The translations under genes and the position numbers were made by a program. Of a DNA stretch of 64,000 nucleotides, positions 36,990 to 49,840 are shown in pieces; the stretch's first letter is position 1, and each line of letters opens with the position of its first letter. The notes under the pieces are model-generated. The model did not search any database and was not told the DNA's origin. It was given only the letters and a program-made list of their open reading frames with translations. The DNA comes from Camelus ferus (lineage: Eukaryota). The stretch is from positions 103,480,001 to 103,544,000 of the forward strand of contig NC_045696.1 of the NCBI RefSeq assembly GCF_009834535.1. The letters are read 5' to 3'.

Positions 36990-37170
36990 GGCAATAATAG
37001 TGGACAATGCTTATTGAGTGCTTATTACATGCTAAATATTTTCTCAAGTGCTTAAATGAATTTCCCATTTAATCTTCATGATAACCCTATGAGATAGAGG
37101 ATGTTTTATGCCCCATTTTTTAGACTAGAAAACTAAACCACAGAGAGGTTAAATCTTGCCCAAGGATACC
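36990..37170 (-). mobile_element. MIR relic (others at about 680-800, 9860-10100, 15500-15670, 39550-39700, 45350-45460, 58790-58950)
   Basis: MIR core CCCATTTTTTAGACTAGAAAACTAAACCACAGAGAGGTTAAATCTTGCCCAAGG. Confidence 0.65.
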
Positions 37171-40100
37171 CACCCGAGATTCACACACACAAGCCTCCAC
37201 TGTGAACCAATACACGACACTGCCTCTGAGGAAACAGGTGAGGTAGATTTTTTTTTACCCCTCCAAATTCCCTTCAGGATTTCTGTTCTCCCCTTGGAGT
37301 GCCCTCCTTCCCTCTCTCCCTTCTGCCAAATAATACTAAGTCCTCATCGTGGTCCATTCTTGCTTAAGCTACTTCTCTTCCTCTTTTCCTAACAAGTTCT
37401 CCGTTCTCTGCCCATATCCCTGCTCACGAGTCTGGCCGCACTTCTCTACACGACACGAGGTTGCTGCTTGGTGGGGACCAGACCTTGAGCCCTGCCCTGG
37501 GACCACCTTGCTCTCCCCACTGGGGAAATAAGCTAAGAATTGGCCAGCCGTCTTTACAGTCCCATAGCCCTCTCCGTGTAATGGGAAGAACACTGACAGC
37601 AACCAGGGTAGCCTTAGTTCATTCCAAATAATTTTCAGGACTAAATTTACCTCTTGGTCCTAAAAACAGAGAATGTCAGTGATGGAATTTTGAAGGGCAC
37701 CACCTCCTTGAAGAGTGGAGGTATTTCACAGATGAGAAGAATGGAATTAGAGGCGCACGCCAGAGTCTAAGCACCCAAATTCCATCGCAGCCTCCAGCTG
37801 AAAAAATTAATTGCCTGCCCTTTATGCCATTTGTCTTCTGCATGTGAACTGCCTCCTCCAAGCAGGGTGGGAGGAGAGACCAGGCCAAGCAGCATGGGGC
37901 AGGGTCCAACCACGCTGACCTCTCGCGGCTCAGTTTAACTCCTGCAGTTACAAAGGGTCCCCGCACATCGGTCTCTGTGGCATCAAAACAATCTCCTTCA
38001 GTCGGGGGACCAGAACAGCCGTGGCCAGGGCTGTGGGGATCACTCAGTGTCAGCAGCAACAGAACTCAGTGGAGGTTTTTGTGTAAAGTTTATCTTTTTG
38101 TTTTTTTGGCTTCATTTTGTTTTGCTCCGCCCCCCTCCCCGCAGCTTTGGTTTCTACAGTGCCCTTTGATGGATCTACGGAGCCAACACCTGGTTAGGGT
38201 TAGGCAAAACAAAGGATATCCAGCACTCAGGGCATCAAGCATCAGACCTCACAGGGTTTAGGAAGCCAGATGATGTCTGAACTCCTCCCCCCCCCGCCCC
38301 CCCCCCCCGGGTGGGCAGCAAGTCCATCTCCCACTGTCATCACACATGGATTGCTTAGTCCCTTCAGGGCCACCTGTCGCCTACAGGTGTCCAGACTTTG
38401 AGGAAGGTTGACAGCCTAAGCCGAGATCAAAATCAGAGCCAGCTTGTGGGGACCTGTGCCGACACCCCCTGACTCTCTCTTGCTGTTGGATGCTGGCTTC
38501 CACTGACCCTGCAGTTGTTGTCCCTCGCATCCCTGGGGGACCCATGGGAGCTAAATGGCAGGGCCCAGGCTGGGCGGAGTCTACGCTCTGAGGAGTCCCA
38601 AGGTGGCTCTGGGCAGGAGTGCACTGTGACCTCGCAGTGATCAGAACAGGGAGTGGCCTTCCAGTGGGGCTGAGAGGGCACAGTTCTCATCTTAATAGTT
38701 TCACAGGTCCATAAAAAAAAAGGTTGCCTCCCGGTGCAAGCATGCAAGTGTCTGTGCTGGTCCTTCAAGGTCAAGGTCACCTCCAGCTCCCCGTGAACTT
38801 GAAAAGTTGACAACTTTATATTCCATCATTAAAAGAAATGCCTGTATCATGGTGCCCTTGGTAAGGCTGGATTTATTGGGCCGGGCGGGGAGAAAAACGC
38901 AGTAAAGGAAGCTCTCTGCGTTTCCCGGTGGCCCAGCAAACTGGCCAGCGGAGCAAGAAACCGCCCGCGGATGCCTCTTCCCCACAGCTCATCACAAACC
39001 AGATCCACTCGAGAGCACAATCCAAACAGAAGAGGGAATCAGAATGTACATCTTTTGTTTGCCGTGGCAGGAGAACTGTTGAGCAGAGGAAAAAAACAAG
39101 CTGAGCTTAGCGCTATCAGCTGTTTCCTGGGGCTCCCTCCTTCCTTCCTCCGAGGGGGGCCCGGCCGCTTTGTTCTCGTTCCCAGCTGCTCCTCTGCGCC
39201 TTTAAGCGGTGGCCTTTGCAGACCTCGGAGGAATGCAGCCGAGACCCCAGGGGACTTTGCTCTGAGGCTCCGCCCTGTGTGCTCAGCCCTGGGCTGCAGC
39301 CTCCAGAGCACCCGCCCCGCCAGGGCCTACTTTTGCTCCGCGCCCACACCTGGGTCCACTTCCTGGGAGGGAGCAGGAGCCTCCCCCATGGGGCCTTCCT
39401 GCTCTCCCTGACACCCCTGGGAGAACTGACATCTCTAGGTTCTGACACCCAGAGAGCACCCACCCACTCCCCTCCAGGGGATCCAAAAGAAAGATAAATA
39501 ATTCTTTTTGCAGCTATACAGTCTGGCATCAGTCTGCTCTGGTACAGATCCCAGCTCTACCAATTATTAGCTGGTCACCCCAGGCCAGTTACTCAACCTC
39601 TCTGAGCCTCACAGGACTGTGATGAAGATTAAAGCAATAAGACACACTGCGTGCCCTTCCAAAGCCTGACACATAGCAGGCCCTCAATAGGTGTTAGTGA
39701 TGATGGTCACCAAGCCAGGTTCTGGTTGTCTCAGGCAGGGCAGCTACACAAAAAGAAAACTCCAGGAGGCTCTAAGGTTGAAAGATGGGCCTGTCACATC
39801 ATCAGAGATCAACAGATATGATTCCTCTACTAGAGTGTGTTCTTTGGTGGTTTCGTGTTCTGCGAATCTGCCCAGAGGCAGACTGAGGCCGATTTTCCGT
39901 GGTGCCTGTATGATGCTCAGAATAAAATCACACACGAAGTTCCATGCGCCTGTAAGGAAGCAGGACAATGGTGTGTGCCTGCCCAGCTCAGCCTGAGGCC
40001 CTCACCCACTGCCCACTCGGCTGCAGCCTTGGGGTCCTGCTGGCTCCTCGTGTCCCTCAGAGAACAAAGCACAGCAGCAAAGGTCCCCTGAGCAGCGATG

Positions 40101-40814
40101 GTGCCTTTCAGGTGAGGCAGAAACAGGGCAACAGTGGAGATCGTGACAGAGTCTGGTGCTCTGCTTCTTGCAGAATAATCAAAGCAATCAGTCCTTGAGC
40201 ACCTACCAAGCGGCTTACCCTCTGCTAGGTATTGATCTAGGCATTTCTTAATCTTTTCATCAAGCCCAAGAGGTGAGCAGTATTAACCAGACTCAGAGAA
40301 GAGGCACGACCTCCCTGGGGTTAAGTGCAGGGCAATGGCCAGCCGAAGTGGCATATCTGGGCCAATGAGAAGAAGGCACTCTGCATGGCTTGGTGGGTGG
40401 AGCACAGGTTGGTCCTCTGTCCTCACTGTCCCTGTGGCCAGGTGCCCCAGGTGCTGGCACATCAGCCTGCACACCTGTACACAGCAGCCATAGTAAGTGG
40501 CAGACCCAAATTGGCACGCTCACCACCCTTCCATTTCGTTGATCCTGTGGACCATATCTCATCAGCTGCATTTGATCTGAATGGATGCTCTGAACTTCCA
40601 ATACATGTCTACATCAAATCAAATGATACGGCAACCGTTTGTTCCCCGGGCTGCACCATCCTGCATGATAGCCCCCTTCTGCCATACCCTGCAAGCCTCC
40701 TGGCTCTCTCTCCTCACTGCCACAACTCAACAATGTGCCAGCCTGCCCAGTTCCTGGCTGGACCAAGGGCCAACCCGTGCTCTGTTCACCAAGCCATGCA
40801 GAGTGCCAGACCCT

Positions 40815-41137
40815 CTTCCCTCTCCCCTTTGGTAACTACAGGTTTGTTTTCTATATTGGTGAGTCTGTTTCTGTTTTGTGCATACATTCATTTGTTATTA
40901 TTTTTTTACATTCCCTCTATAAGTGGTATCATACAGTATTTGCCTTTCTCTGTCTGACTTGTTTCACTAAGTATAATATTCTCTAGGCCCATCCATGTCA
41001 TGGCAAATGGCAGTGTTTCATTCTTGTTTATAGAGGGGTAATATTGCATTGTATATTTACCACATCTTCTTAAGCCAGTCGTCTGCTGGGCACTTCCATG
41101 CCTTGGCTACTGTAAATAGTGCTGCTATGAACATTGC
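40815..41137 (-). mobile_element. L1 fragment (ORF2 end / 3' UTR start)
   Basis: Similar to 35100-35420 (CTTGGCTACTGTAAATAGTGCTGCT). Confidence 0.8.
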
Positions 41138-41427
41138 ACCCCACGCCTCTTTACCTTCATCCCAGCTCCCTCTTCCTGATCATCCTTCCAAGGCTGATTT
41201 TGTCGCTTCCCTGCCTGGAAGCCTTCAATGGCTCCCCAACACCCTTGGCATTGAGTGCAATGCCCTTGTCTGACTCCTCCAGCCCCCGGGGGCCTGTCAT
41301 ATGATACACTTTCCAGTTGCACCCACTGTCACCCCTCACTCCCTGTGACTGCACACTCTAGGCAGCTGCAGAGCCACTCTGTCCTGGGACTAAGCCCCAG
41401 GCTGCTGGCTCCAGGCCTTTACCTCAG

Positions 41428-41640
41428 CCAGGGCTTTTGGCCCTACGCAGCACTACGGACATGGTAGATCCTTCTTTACGGTGCAGGGCTGTGCGGTGCA
41501 TAAGATGTTCACAGCATCCCTGGCCTCTAACCACTAGATGCCAGTAGTAGTAAACTAGCCTTAGTCGTGACAACCAAAAATGTCTCCAGACATTGTCAAA
41601 GCACCCTGGGGGCCAAACTGCTCTTAGGTAAGGACCACTG
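41428..41640. mobile_element. MER20-type hAT element
   Basis: AGCATCCCTGGCCTCTAACCACTAGATGCCAGTAG...GTGACAACCAAAAATGTCTCCAGACATTG. Confidence 0.85.
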
Positions 41641-42949
41641 CTCTGTGCTGACAACTTTGCCAAACCTACTCTCCTTTCTCTTCACCTGTTTCACCTCCGT
41701 TTGCCTTGTAAGTCTCGACTTGGTTGTCATTTCCTCTTGGAAGCCCTTCCTGGCCCCGTGTCGGGCTGGGCGCCCTTCCTATGCACCCAACTTGGACAGC
41801 TGACCACCGTATTGTCACTGCCCTTTTACTTGTCAGTCACTTCCCTGTCCTGGGCTTATGAAGGCAGGCATTTGGTTGCCTGGTATCCAGTTGTACTCAG
41901 GGCTCAAGTCTGTACCTGTGACATGACCTCACCTAGTAAATCATCCTTGACACCCTCTCTCCGTTACCCCAAGTCCAAACCATCACTGAGGCCTAGTCAC
42001 TCTGAAATCCCTTCCCAGTTCAAACACTGTGCTCTGGCTCTACTACCTGCTCTGTGGGCAGAGCTGCCGTCCTCTCTCACCTGGATTACAAGTGACCACA
42101 ATCCACAGGAATCCCCTCCCGTCTGTCCTCACTTCAGATGGAGCGATTTGTTTCAAAACCGAAGTCTAAGCTTGTTGCCCCCTTGGTTAAATGCTTTCAA
42201 AGGCTTCCCAGTGTTCTTAAACAAAAAACCAAAGTCCCTAACATGGCCTGTCACACCAGGCTTGGCCTGGCCCCTGCCACCCTCCAGTTTCATTAGAACC
42301 ACGCCTCCTCTTGCTTTGTGCTTTCCATGCCCTGGTTTCCTTTCATCTCCCCTGAGCAGCCGGCACTTGGCACTGGCTGTTCCCACTACCTGGCTCTGCC
42401 CCACCTGGAGGGGATACTGCGGTCCTCTGCCCAGTTCCCTCTTTGGGATCTCAGCCTCCACCCAGCAGCTGCTGAGACCAGGGCCAGCCTCCAGTGCAGT
42501 CGAACTGGGCCCTGTGCTCAGGAGCAGCCCGGTGCTGGGGGTGAATGCTGTGAGAGGCTATCTCGACAAGTTTTTGAATTTGTATCTTGTAAGTTAAGTC
42601 CAATGAGACCACGGAGCAAGAATCTGGATCTTGGAGTCTCAACTCACACATGCAGTGCTGTCTCCTGAACTTTCCTGCCTCCCAGTGACGGGGTCTTGGC
42701 TGTCTGCTCCCCCGAATCTGCTCAGCGACTGTTGGCTACCCTGGACTTGGGGCAGGCAGGGCTAGGGGCAGACACGTGCCTCTTCAGGTCTAGTTGTAGA
42801 GCAGGGCCCTGGGTGTCTGTGAGTGTCTCCACTTAGTCCTTGCACATCTCAGAGCCTGAGGGAGTGCAACATTAAGCAGCAAATAACAAAAATGCCTTGA
42901 CTTGTTGAAAGACTGAGCATGGAAGAAAGGAGAAGGCTTTTCCTTGATA

Positions 42950-43014
42950 TTTGAAGAAGAGGCCCTGCATTTTCATTTTGCTATGAGCCCTGAAAATTAC
43001 GTAGCCAGCCCTGG
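42950..43014. mobile_element. MER45-like hAT terminal fragment
   Basis: GGCCCTGCATTTTCATTTTGC...AAATTACGTAGCCAGCCCTG. Confidence 0.55.
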
Positions 43015-43049
43015 CTGGGACCATGGACTGCTGATGGCTCAGAGCCTCC

Positions 43050-43392
43050 CCCTGCCCCCCGCCACTCACCCTCCAGAATTGCCCTCTGCATCAGGGAACA
43101 GCTTCACTCAAGCTTACGCCCCCTTCTGGCAGCTGACCAAGGTCACTGACTGACCTTGGCGAGACACAAAAGCCTGGACCCCTCCTCAATTTGGGACAAC
43201 TTGGAAGGGCCATCCCAACTCTAGAGCTTGCTGAAGGATTGACTGGTATCTTAGGTCCCGCTCACTGTGGGTTGGCTTCTCCCTCTGCCCAATCCTGCCT
43301 TCCTCAAGCATGTATCTTAAGAGAATGAGACCTAATAAATCTTCCACATGTAGCTCTGTCTCAGTCAGTTTCCAGGGAACCCAATCAAGACA
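43050..43392 (+). mobile_element. ERVL LTR16-like relic
   Basis: CTTCTCCCTCTGCCCAATCCTGCCTTCC, AATAAA, and end TTTCCAGGGAACCCAATCAAGACA. Confidence 0.6.
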
Positions 43393-43719
43393 CCACCCCA
43401 GCTGCTTTACTGAGTGAATTCCTCTCTGTCTTTCTGATATTCGTAAGTTGTATTTCCCCTGGGCTTGACTCTCTGATCCTCACGTGTTAAGATCAATCCT
43501 CCCTGGAGAGCCCCCTGTACCACATCTCCACAGCATTTATCATGATTGACATTTTATGTTCATTTGGGTGATTATTAAGTTCTGTCTCCCCCACGAGACT
43601 GTAATCTTTAGGAGAGCAGGAAATCATCATATCTGTTTTTGCTTATCATTCTGTGACTCTTCTTTAGCACAGTCCTGGCATGTGGGAAATGCTCAATTTA
43701 TATATATATATAAATATAA

Positions 43720-44100
43720 AAATTTTTTTATAGAAATATAGTTGATTTACAATGTGTTAGTTTCTGGTATACAGTGTAGTGGTTCAGTTATATTTATATA
43801 TATAGATACACACACACATATATATACTTTCTTGTATTCTTTTCCATTATAGGTTGTTACAAGGTACTGAATATAGTCCCCTGTGCTATACAGTAGGATC
43901 TTGTTGTTTATCTGTTTTATATATAGTACTGTGTATCTTTAATCCCAGACTCCTAATTTATCCCTCCCCTACTTCCTCCCTGGTAACTGTAAGTTTGTTT
44001 TCTATGTCTGTGAGTCTGTTTCTGTTTTGTAAATAAGTTCATTTGTGCCATTTTTTAGATTCCACATATAAGTGATATCATATGATATTTGTCTTTCTCT
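43720..44100 (-). mobile_element. L1 3' end
   Basis: Reverse-complement L1 3' UTR (CCCTGTGCTATACAG, TAGATTCCACATATAAGTGATATC). Confidence 0.88.
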
Positions 44101-44456
44101 AATATATGTTGAATGAGTGAGTGAATGAATTGATGAATGCCTTTTTAATGAGGAATGATAAAAATAATCCTAACACTGTAATGAACATTTTTGAACACCC
44201 TTAATAATGGTAAACACTTTAAGAATGGATTTGAAACTTTTGCAGTGGTCAAAAGTTACTAGGAACTAAATTTAGTTAATGATGATGGTTATGATTTTGA
44301 GGGAGACCATCATGTAACCATGAAGTAACCAGAATGCCTGTCCTGTGTAATTTGTCAGAAGTAAATTCTCGAAGAGAAAAATTTTGGGAGCAGGGTCATG
44401 ATGGTTGTGATGTATGTAGGTGTTAACTTCTGATGAAACACATTCAGAGATCTTTT

Positions 44457-44589
44457 TGTTGTTGCTTTTTGGGGGGTAGGTAATTAAGTCTGTTTGTTTG
44501 TTTGTTTTAATAGCGGTAAGGGGGATTGAACCCAGGACCTTGTACACGCTGAGCATGCGCTCTACCACTGAGCTGCACCCTCCTCTGCC
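44457..44589 (-). mobile_element. Vic-1-type SINE
   Basis: Reverse-complement head. Perfect 13-bp TSD TCAGAGATCTTTT at 44444-44456 and 44590-44602. Confidence 0.92.
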
Positions 44590-46900
44590 TCAGAGATCTT
44601 TTAAAAATCACTTATTCAGTGTCCCTAGCATGGTATTTGATACAACAGAAGCTTCCAAATAAAAATAATGCCCGGACTTTGTCACCCATTATCCCTCTGA
44701 ATGTGAGGAGTTGGTCAGAGGCAGGACAAGGTAAGCAGATACATGACAAGGTTTTGGGTCACTGCTGTAACTTCATCCCAATTCCTGACAATATAGCAAG
44801 TTTTAAGGACTGACTCATATTCCATAAAATCTGAAGGTCACTGAGCTCCAAATAGACTGTGGTACTTGAAAAGTCCCAGCACGAGTCCCACTGCTCGATT
44901 TTCCTATTATATTGGAATATATATCTATATTTCCTGGCATCTCTAAAAATGCTATGAGTTCATTTATTGTGTGCATGTGGATGTCAGCTGAGAACAGGCA
45001 GAAATGCTTATCACATTTATTAAAGGTGGATGTCGACAGTGGCTGGGAGCACGTTTAGGCATACTGTGCCTGTGTGTGGGAGGCTGGCTCTGGGATGTTA
45101 GTCACATCACTCCCTGAGAAGCTGGGGGCACTCCTTTCTGAAGCCTTAACTCCGACAGACGTTCAGCTAGGCTGAAGGCTGGTGTCCACATAAGACCAGA
45201 CTGAGGAAGATATGCTATGTTATCACATGCCCTTGCTCTGAGTTTTACTCAGTAGAGGGCCTTTCATGGCATTAAAAACCAGACGCCACATTCTGCCCCG
45301 TGTGTGAACTTAACAAGGTGGAGTCAAAACCACACATGCTCTTGAACCTGACATACCTGGGTTCATCTCACATACGAGCGCTGTGACTTTGGGTAGGTAA
45401 CTTAACCTCTTGGAATTTCAATTTCTCCATCTGTAAAATGGAGCGAATCATAGTCCCTACCTTGTAGAATCTTTTTGTAAAGGATCTCATCATCCCTTGA
45501 TTAAAAGGTCAGAAAGAAAGAAAAATAAAGGTCGGAAACTTCCAAAATTTTCAAACCATTGAGACAACAGCAGTCATTAAGTGTGTCCACTGTTTTTCCC
45601 TATTTAACATCCATTTCTCATTCTCTCCCATCCCGATTTTCCTTTGGAAAACACTCTCCTCTGCCCTCAATCTGTGATATATATGTAGGGCAGATCATCT
45701 CCCTGGCTCCTGAGGACAGCAGTGATCTCATCCTGGCCAGTGGAATTGGCAATGGTTGGGCACGTGACTTGAGCTGTTACTGAGAGTCTCCCCTGGGAAT
45801 CTGAGGGAACTCTCTGTCAAGAACTGTTCTCTTTCCACGGGATTACTCAATGGGTAGGACATGCATGGAGCTGCCAGTGGCCTCCACGCAGGAGCCCCTG
45901 AGAGTGAGAGTGAGGTCAATACTGAGGACAGCAGGGCTGGGACACAGAGGGACAGCTTCCAGGGACACTGTGGGCTATGTAGTTACGTAAACCGTCAATT
46001 TCATTTCCTTAAGTAACTCCATTTTGTCCCATAAGAACCCTGACTGATAGCCCAGTAAATCATAGTAAAACTTGTTCCATATGTTAATCTTTTGAGTTTA
46101 CAAGTCTTTTCCTACAAATAATTCAAAGACTATCTTAGAGACTCATAAAATCTCAGAGATTAGAGCCATCCCGGGGCCTGCCTGAGCTGGCAGACACAGT
46201 GAGTCAGTGATGAGTCTGGGAAAGGACCCCAGGTTTTCTGCCTCCCGGGCCAGTGCTTTTAAGCATCCCTGCCTCTCTTCATGTGTCTGCCTCAGTCCTT
46301 CTCAGACTTGGGCAGAGTTACCCCCACCTCTCCTCCCTAAGTCATTGCCCAGCTACCAGCAGCCAGGGGGCCCCACAGGGTAGAAAGCACCAGTTTTTAG
46401 AAGTGGCTCCAGCCCCCCCCACAACCCGCCCCTTCCCCAAGGACAGCCGTGTTTTAAGAGAAGTAGGTACCGATGTGGGTCTTGATGGAGCCTAGATGAG
46501 GCCAGGGGGCTGAGCTCTGGGTATAAGACTGTCCAGAGCCCAGAGCCCTAATTCAACCCTCATTACTGCATATGTGGATTCTTACAGCAGCACCTTACAG
46601 CCCCACCCCGTTTCTCCTCAATCCCCATCCCTTTCTCCTTCAATTCATCATATATAGTGTCAGCGTCACCTCCTTAAGGAATTACTCTGGTCATGCTATT
46701 TTCCTGTTGAAAAACCTTCAGTGGCTCCCTACTGCCTATAGAGCAATGTCCAAAGTACTTCGCCTGGTGTCCCTGCAATAGGCTGTCAGGGCCTGTGTCC
46801 CTCCAGGGAGGCCCAGCTCATATACCTAGGGAGGGGTTACCCACTGTGAGAATCACATCCGCAGCTTTAAATTCAATTAACAGCTTTGAGTTCTGTTATA

Positions 46901-47221
46901 GAGGTGTGTCTCGTTTCATTGTGCTTTGCTTTATTGCGCTTCCCAGATACTGCGTTTTCCTACAAACTGAAGGTTTGTGGCAACCCTGCATTGAACAAGT
47001 CTGTTGCATCATTTTCCCCAACAGCATTATTTTTAAGTTGAGGTGTGTACATAGTTTTTCAGACATAATTCTATTGCATACTGAGTAGACTATAGTACAG
47101 AGTAAGCATAAATTTTATATGCACTGGGAAACCAAACAATTTGTATGACTCACTTTACTGCAGTATTGGCTTTACTGTGGTGGTCTGGAACCAAACCCAC
47201 AGTATCTCTGAAGTGTGTCTG
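46901..47221 (+). mobile_element. Internally deleted Tigger1-type DNA transposon
   Basis: TA flanks. 5' end TTTATTGCGCTTCCCAGATACTGCGTTTT...GGTTTGTGGCAACCCTGC; 3' end TATATGCACTGGGAAACC...GTGGTCTGGAACC...ATCTCTGAAGTGTGTCTG. Confidence 0.85.
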
Positions 47222-47363
47222 TAATAGGTTGTAGGTGTTCTGATCTTCGTTGGAAAGGAAAGCATCGTCCCTAACAGTGTCCAGTACTTTGCTATCATCT
47301 CCATTAATTTTGATGCTATAATACAAAAAATCTTTCCACTACCTACCTTCTGTACTAACGACT

Positions 47364-47959
47364 TGTATGAGTTTTCTATTGCTGTGTAACAGATTACCAC
47401 AAACTCAGTAGCTTACAACAGCACCCATTTACTAGCTCACAGTCCTGTAGGTTTGAGCACAGTATGGAGGGGTTCTCTGGTCAGGATCTCACAAAGCCAA
47501 AGTCAACACATTTGCTGGGCTGTACTCTCTTCCGGAGCTCAGGATCCTCTTCCAGGTTCACATGGTTATGGCAGAATTCAGTTCATTGTGGTTGTAGGAC
47601 AGAAGTCCCTTTCTGGCTGTCAGCCAGAGGCAGCTCTCAGCTCTGAAGACCACCTACGTTCCTTGCCACATGGGTCACTCCATCTTCAGAGCCACCAGTG
47701 GTGTGTTGAAGCCCTCTCATGCTTTAAATTTCTGAGTTCTGCTGCCTCTGACCCCTATACCCATATTTAAAGGACTCATGTGACTGGGTAAGGCCCACCT
47801 GGATACTTTCTCTTTTGATCAACTGAAAATCAATTGCTTGGTCATCTTAATTGTATCTTTAAAATATAACCTTGGGAGTGACATCTCATCATATTCACAC
47901 TCAAGGGGAGGAAACTCTACAAGGGTCATTGGAAGTCATCTTAGAAATCTGCCTACCAC
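47364..47959 (-). mobile_element. MaLR solo LTR (MLT1 family)
   Basis: TGTATGAGTTTTCTATTGCTGTGTAACA ... CTGCCTACCACA. Confidence 0.85.
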
Positions 47960-48783
47960 ATCACTGTAACAATTATTGTCTAGCTTTAATGCCTATGTGA
48001 GTTAAGAAGTTGAATCAGATTTCCTCATCCTTGTCAATATTTTTTTCCTGGGGGCAAATGTGACAGATGCCATCAGCTCACCCAACACCTAATCTTACTC
48101 CTCCCTTATCATTCCCTACAATAGAGGCTGGGAAACTATTTTTCAGGCTCCCTTGCAGCTAGAGGTGGCATGGTCCTGGCCAATAAGATATAAGCAGAGT
48201 CTGTTAATATTGTTCCTTTCTACCTCTTTCTTCCATCCTGGAATGTGGACTTGATGTCTGGAGTTGCAAGAGCCATCTTGCAATAAGGAGGAAAAGGCCA
48301 GAAGATTTTCACAGAGACCTTGGTTCTGAAATTGTTGACAGCCTGGTATTCTTTTCTATGTAGCAGAAAGCAATCCTAGCTGACACAAAGTTGAATGAGA
48401 AGCATCTAGCCACGTCTCCAAAGCCATGATGCCTTGACTTTCCTGGAAGCTCTGCACAGGAAAGAATCCATGCAGGTATCAGCCTTCATAGTCAGAGTGA
48501 TTTTCCCTTTGCACTTTCTTCATAATGTTCATGGTAATTCTTTTCACAATCTCTTGACATCAAAACAATGTTAGTGGTTACAGAAGCTCTGTAAATGTGT
48601 TCCTTTTCATTTCTTCTATGAAATGTTGTGAGTATAATAACTTCAAAATCCACTTGGGGGCCCAGTTATATGTGCCGGAGCTGCAGAAAATAGGAAACTG
48701 AGGGGCTCTGCTTAACTGTATAGAGGGGTAAACAGTGAAGGAGAGAGGCTTTCCTTTTCTCTGTCTTTCTTTTTATGGTTTCT

Positions 48784-48958
48784 TTCTTTTTTTAAAATCT
48801 ATTTATTTCTATTGCTTTTTTTGGGGGGTAATTAGGTTTATTTATTTATTTATGTTTTTAGAGAGAGTACTGGGGATTGATCTTAGGACCTTGTACACAC
48901 TAAGCATATTTCCCAGTGCATATAAAATTTACAATACCACTTGAGCTTACCCTCCCTC
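48784..48958 (-). mobile_element. Vic-1-type SINE carrying a foreign insertion of about 26 nt
   Basis: Reverse-complement head interrupted at 48909-48934. TSD CTTTTTATGG(T/C)TTCT at 48769-48783 and 48959-48973. Confidence 0.9.
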
Positions 48959-49840
48959 CTTTTTATGGCTTCTAAACTTTCTCTCTGACTCTTTCCCCCC
49001 ACCCTTCCTGATGATCATCTGGACTTCAGAGGCAGGCTTGGGGACTAGGGTATAAAACTTCTTGGAGAGAGCAAATGAGTTTGGTCTTATGGAACAAAGA
49101 GGGACTCAGGAAAGGCAAAAGGGCCAGAGATCTCTAGGCAGGAAGCTTCTCCACCAACTGCATTTGTTATAGTGGACGATACTGAGGAGGCACAGAAAGT
49201 TTCCTGCGGGTTTCACAAGTGCTGGAGAGCTGGACACAGGAGACACTGAAGGAACTGTACAGGAAAATTCTCTTGGCCCGTGAACAGAGCTAGAGGAAGA
49301 CTGAGAAGGGATTTACAAGAGAGAGCGCTATGTGTCTCCTTAACCTCCAGCAAGGCAGAGATGCATCACCAATTAGCATGATACACACTTATGGGACACT
49401 TAGAAGGAACATTTCCCCTCTGCATAACTGACAATACAAATTCAAAACCCTGAAGTAATACACTTCGATTTTTTCATGCAGAGACAGATACAGATTCATG
49501 ACATTTCTGTTTTTATAGTAAAGTCCCAAGGAGGCAAACACTCTGCCTCCTCCCTATCTCCCCATCTCTGCTCTGCCCTCCCCCACGCCCCACTTAGGAG
49601 ATAGTGAAACTTCCATTTCTCCACCATCATTCAGCCTCTTTCCTTCCTACAGAACCAGCACTTTCTCTCCTGAATCTTGTCTCAGCATCCAAATCTCCAC
49701 TCTCCCCACCTTAAAACTCCATTCTCCTCCCTGTGTCCTCCTCTAGCAATGAACCTCCCTCCTTCCTTAGTCTCACTTTCTTTTTCAAGCCAATCAAACT
49801 TCCACTGTCTGAGTTTTGACCTTGAAAATTACTCTTCCTA

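Noticed and set aside
40325..40957. 210-aa ORF
   Set aside because: It has a non-ATG start, runs into an antisense L1 fragment, and has no recognisable homology.
41531..41544. CTCF-like motif CCACTAGATGCCAG in MER20 (also CCACTAGGTGGGCC near 54293)
   Set aside because: These are imperfect matches inside repeats and cannot be supported without binding data.
41701..42597. 298-aa ORF, the longest in the track
   Set aside because: It has a non-ATG start, overlaps pyrimidine-rich L2-like relics, is biased to Pro/Leu/Ser, and shows no recognisable domain.
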